Source: a candidate division WOR-3 bacterium
Lineage (GTDB): Bacteria; Hydrothermota; Hydrothermia; B15-G9; DRBW01
Assembly: GCA_011042705.1 (NCBI GenBank)
Contig: DRBW01000204.1
Coordinates: 1-25,309 of the forward strand
Length of the DNA stretch: 25,309 bases
Direction of reading: 5' to 3'
Made by a program: the position numbers and the translations under genes. Of this stretch, positions 22,318 to 25,309 are shown piece by piece (positions within the stretch are counted from its first letter, which is position 1; each line of letters begins with the position of its first letter). The notes beneath the pieces were generated by a model that saw only the letters and a program-made list of their open reading frames with translations, searched no databases and was not told where the DNA came from.

Positions 22318-23463
22318 GTGAAGCCCCTCAAAATCTTGATGGCATCCGATACATATTATCCCCATGTGGGCGGGATAGCCGAGCACGTACATCATCTCTC
22401 CCTTGAGCTGAGGAAAAGGGGGCACCAGGTCGACATCCTCACCTCGAATCACGCCAGGAACACCTTCAATTTCGAGGACCCGCCCTATGTGATAAGGGTG
22501 GGGAGGGGCATAAAGATCCCGATTAACAAGTCCATGGCGCCCATTGCCTTTTCTCCTTTCATAAATCTGAAGGTCAGGAACATAGTGCGCGGCAGAAATT
22601 ACGACATAGTTCACACCCACGGGTCTCTCGCCCCAACCCTCCCGATCCTTGCCCTGAACTATTCCAGTTCGGTGAACTTCGCTACCTTTCACGCAGCCCA
22701 CTCGGAATCCATCGGCTACGAGCTTTTCAAACCCTATCTGCACAAGTTGTTCAAGAAGATCGACGGTCCCATCGCAGTTTCCGAGGTGGCGAGGGACACC
22801 ATGATGAGGCATTTCAGCGGGAATTACAGGATCATTCCCAACGGCGTGGACATCAACAGGTTCAATCCAGAAGTGCCTCCCTTTCCCGATCTCCGGGGAG
22901 ATGGTTTCTTCAACCTTCTCTTCGTGGGGAGATTTGATCCCAGGAAGGGTCTTCGCTTTCTCCTCAAGGCCTTGCCCCGCATAGTGAGGGAGGTGAGGAA
23001 CACGAGGCTGATCGTTGTGGGATCAGGTCCCCTCAAGAAATACTATCAGCAGTTTATCAAGAGCGAGATAAAGGACAGGGTCATTTTCACGGGGCCCGTG
23101 TCGCCAGAAGAACTTCCACGCTATTATGCGACCTGTGATATGCTCGTCTCGCCGGCCACGGGGGCCGAGAGCTTCGGGATCATCCTGCTTGAGGCGATGG
23201 CTTCGGCCAAACCAGTGGTTGCCTCCGACATACCCGGATACAGGCAGGTCATGGAGAACGGCCGGGAGGGCCTTTTCGTGAGGCCCGAGGACCCAGAAGC
23301 CCTGGCCAGAGCAGTTATCGAACTGCTGAGACATCCCGAGGCGATGAAAAGGATGGGCGATGCCGGAAGGGAAAAGGCGGTGTCTTTCTATTCCTGGGAC
23401 AAGATAGCGAAAGAGGTGGAAAGCTATTACTTTGAGGTCCTCGAGAGAAACGGCAGGCCATGA
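22318..23463 (+). CDS. GT4-family glycosyltransferase (PimA-like)
   Basis: GGIAEHV..LS.EL.KRGHQV, DIVHTH, IPNGVD, LFVGR..PRKG, ESFGIILLEAMAS..PVVASDIPGY (EX7E). Confidence 0.93.
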   Translation: MKPLKILMASDTYYPHVGGIAEHVHHLSLELRKRGHQVDILTSNHARNTFNFEDPPYVIRVGRGIKIPINKSMAPIAFSPFINLKVRNIVRGRNYDIVHTHGSLAPTLPILALNYSSSVNFATFHAAHSESIGYELFKPYLHKLFKKIDGPIAVSEVARDTMMRHFSGNYRIIPNGVDINRFNPEVPPFPDLRGDGFFNLLFVGRFDPRKGLRFLLKALPRIVREVRNTRLIVVGSGPLKKYYQQFIKSEIKDRVIFTGPVSPEELPRYYATCDMLVSPATGAESFGIILLEAMASAKPVVASDIPGYRQVMENGREGLFVRPEDPEALARAVIELLRHPEAMKRMGDAGREKAVSFYSWDKIAKEVESYYFEVLERNGRP

Positions 23464-23885
23464 TTTACATAGTCGATGGGTACAACGTCATATTCTCGGC
23501 CGGCTTAAAGGCAGAAGAGCTATCGTCGGGCAGGGAGAAGCTCTATGAGGTCGCCGAGAAATATAAGCCCCACAGGGTTATCATAGTTTTCGACGGCAAG
23601 CTCGGCGTTCACGGCGAGGAGAGGGGGCCCGCCCGCTTCACCAAGGGCGAGACAGCCGACGATTACATCAAGAGATATGTGAGGGAAGCCAGGAAACCCG
23701 GCCAGATCGTGGTTGTCAGCGCCGACAGGCCTCTTCTGAACTACGTAAAGAGTTTTGGAGCCAAAATTATGAGCCCCAGGGAGTTCATGACGGGCCCGGA
23801 CAGGAAGGGAGGCGAGAAATCCCTCGATCCCATGGAGGCCGAGAGGCTCAAAAAGGAACTCCTCGAAGAATGGGAGGAGGACTGA
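23460..23885 (+). CDS. NYN/YacP-like PIN-domain ribonuclease
   Basis: YIVDGYNVI, IIVFDG, ETADDYIKR, VVVSADR, AKIMSPREF. ATGA overlap with the GT4 gene. Confidence 0.88.
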   Translation: MIYIVDGYNVIFSAGLKAEELSSGREKLYEVAEKYKPHRVIIVFDGKLGVHGEERGPARFTKGETADDYIKRYVREARKPGQIVVVSADRPLLNYVKSFGAKIMSPREFMTGPDRKGGEKSLDPMEAERLKKELLEEWEED

Positions 23886-23996
23886 TCTCAACCTTTGAAT
23901 CGATCGTTGTCCTGAAGGGAATCTCAGCTAGTAACTTCGTAGAGCTAAAATTTTCATGACCTGATAAATGCTGAAATTTCGAACTATTTTATCTCC

Positions 23997-24404
23997 TCAC
24001 GTCTGGTCGGCATGTTTTTTATATTCCCTATGCTCAAAGGTGTTGAGTGTTGTTTCTCCGTTTGATGTGAGCGGTTTTCTCCCAACAGCCTTTTGCCTCA
24101 ATACCACCTGTCGCCCTCGAAATAGTCTTATTGTAATGCGGTCCGCTTGGTAGTCGATCTGGAAGGAGAGGGCACTGTCTGTTTCGGTTTTTCCTTCGTC
24201 TGTTTTGTTTAAATGGGTGTAAAGGCGAAAACATGCCTTTTTGCTTCGGTCCACGCAACGGACGTATTGCTCGATGTGCGTTAACTGCTGGAAGGGCCCG
24301 AGGGTTACAACACTTAGGACTCTCTTTGATCTTTCCGAGGTGCCAGGGCCGGGAACGGAGGACCTTTCAGTGTGGGCTTTGCAATCCAAAGACTTTTGAG
24401 GCAT
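23997..24404 (-). other. Unassigned 135-codon ORF in AT-richer DNA; possible remnant or orphan gene
   Basis: Open frame with a protein-like C-terminal half (FQIDYQADRITIRLFRGRQVVL), but no SD and no recognised motif. Confidence 0.25.
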
Positions 24405-24544
24405 TCCCCGTGGGCCTCATTGAGATTGCCCCCGTATGAGCAGTTCTCTGGTGAAGAGAATTCCTGATTCTTCTCCTGGAAACGCAGTCCTTCCGGAAAT
24501 TACGGGAGTGACCGGATGTTGTTAATTAGGGGATGCGGGAAATT

Positions 24545-24585
24545 GAAAAGGGGCGGGGTTTTTCGAAACGAAAAACCCCGCCCCT
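24545..24585 (-). terminator. Intrinsic terminator of the T9SS-tagged gene
   Basis: 17-bp perfect stem AGGGGCGGGGTTTTTCG-AAA-CGAAAAACCCCGCCCCT; followed by TTTTCAATT on the minus strand. Confidence 0.85.
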
Positions 24586-24606
24586 GAGCTGATGTCCTAT
24601 TCTAAG

Positions 24607-25309
24607 CTATTTAACCAGGATGAGCTTTCTGGTCAGGGTCTTGCTGTCGGCAGTCAGTTTCACGAAGTAGATTCCGTTCGCCACGCGGCTGCCTCTCGCA
24701 TCCGTGCCGTTCCACTGGAAGGTATGGGTTCCCGCAGCGAGCCTGCCGCTGGCGAGTCTGCGGACAAGCCTTCCCGATGCATCGTAGACCGCGAGGTCAA
24801 CCTTCTGAGCTGCGGGCAGCGTGAAGGCCAGCTCTGTCATGCCGGAGGTCGGGTTGGGCTTGGGCTCGAAGAGATTCAGATCTCTCCCTATGGAGCCTTC
24901 TGCGACATCAGTGGGTGCTGTGCTCCAGATCCTGGCCCATTTGATATACCAGCCCTCGTGATTGACGCTGCCGTCAGATCCGAAGTCGAAGGCTATCAGG
25001 ATCGTCTGTCCGGCGAAATCGGAGAGGTCGAAGTAGCTCTGGATCCAGCCGTTGGAAACCCCGCTGAAGGCTGGCTCTCCGCCGATCAGGCAGTTGCTCG
25101 ATGAAACTGACGGTTCGGGATATCCATCACAGGGCGATATGATGGTCCATGTGTTTCCGTCGTCGGTCGAGACTTTCACATTTCCACCGTCCCAGTGTGA
25201 TTCAATGGCATACCAGTGACAGATCTCGAGCCAATCGCCCTCTTGAACATCGATGGGACCCGACATGAGCCTGCTTCCGGAGTAGTTGCTGTAGTTTCCG
25301 CCCAGCACA
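24607..25309 (-). CDS. 3' part of a secreted protein: immune-inhibitor-A/MAM-like beta sandwich plus FlgD-Ig/T9SS type A C-terminal sorting domain (5'-truncated at window edge)
   Basis: WDGGNVKVSTDDGNTW, FDLSDFAGQTILIAFDFGSD...EGWYI; PNP...F.LP...VDLAVYD.SGRLVRRL...WNGTD..G..VANGIYFVKL...TRKLILVK. Frame is open to the window end. Confidence 0.88.
   Translation of the reverse strand, partial: VLGGNYSNYSGSRLMSGPIDVQEGDWLEICHWYAIESHWDGGNVKVSTDDGNTWTIISPCDGYPEPSVSSSNCLIGGEPAFSGVSNGWIQSYFDLSDFAGQTILIAFDFGSDGSVNHEGWYIKWARIWSTAPTDVAEGSIGRDLNLFEPKPNPTSGMTELAFTLPAAQKVDLAVYDASGRLVRRLASGRLAAGTHTFQWNGTDARGSRVANGIYFVKLTADSKTLTRKLILVK

Noticed and set aside
22318-23463. Calling the GT4 pimA and inferring a PIM pathway
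   Set aside because: Similarity is at family-motif level only, and no PI synthase or acyltransferase neighbours are present.
23997-24404. Transposase (IS1/IS4/IS21-like) assignment
   Set aside because: Fragments such as HIEQY and GKTET resemble DDE enzymes only loosely and out of order; there are no terminal repeats or target-site duplications.
1-25309. CRISPR array, prophage, rRNA
   Set aside because: No regularly spaced repeats, phage genes or rRNA-like sequence were seen.

Overview
Ordinary chromosomal (non-mobile) segment of a diderm bacterium. The T9SS/FlgD-type C-terminal domain, dockerin-like repeat and LPS-type GT9 suggest an FCB-related candidate lineage such as WOR-3/TA06/Zixibacteria, and Lys/Glu-rich proteins hint at a thermophile; both are inferences. 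Contents in order: a short archaeal-type XPF/ERCC4 nuclease; tRNA-Ala(GGC)/tRNA-Leu(TAG) running into a BtuF-like binding protein; a ptsN-zinc ribbon-tyrS-GT9-DUF3108 operon; GtrA-YfhO; a two-gene secreted module (helical protein plus a 1185-aa subtilase with an apparent Glu-His-Ser triad and a dockerin-like tail); tRNA-Ala(CGC); an RsuA/RluB-family gene behind a terminator-containing leader; tRNA-Cys/tRNA-Leu(TAA)-DUF4321-two sugar ABC permeases; a complete hypFCDEAB operon without hydrogenase genes; GT4-NYN; and the 3' end of a T9SS-tagged secreted protein. The most notable signals are the E-H-S protease-dockerin module with its coupled partner, the stand-alone XPF, four promoters that place the start codon at about +1 (leaderless mRNAs), a Rex/CRP-like palindrome over the hypF -35, a possible attenuator ahead of the pseudouridine synthase, and five tRNAs all lacking encoded CCA. 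No CRISPR array, integrase or intact transposase was seen. All calls come from motif recognition by eye; no searches were run.
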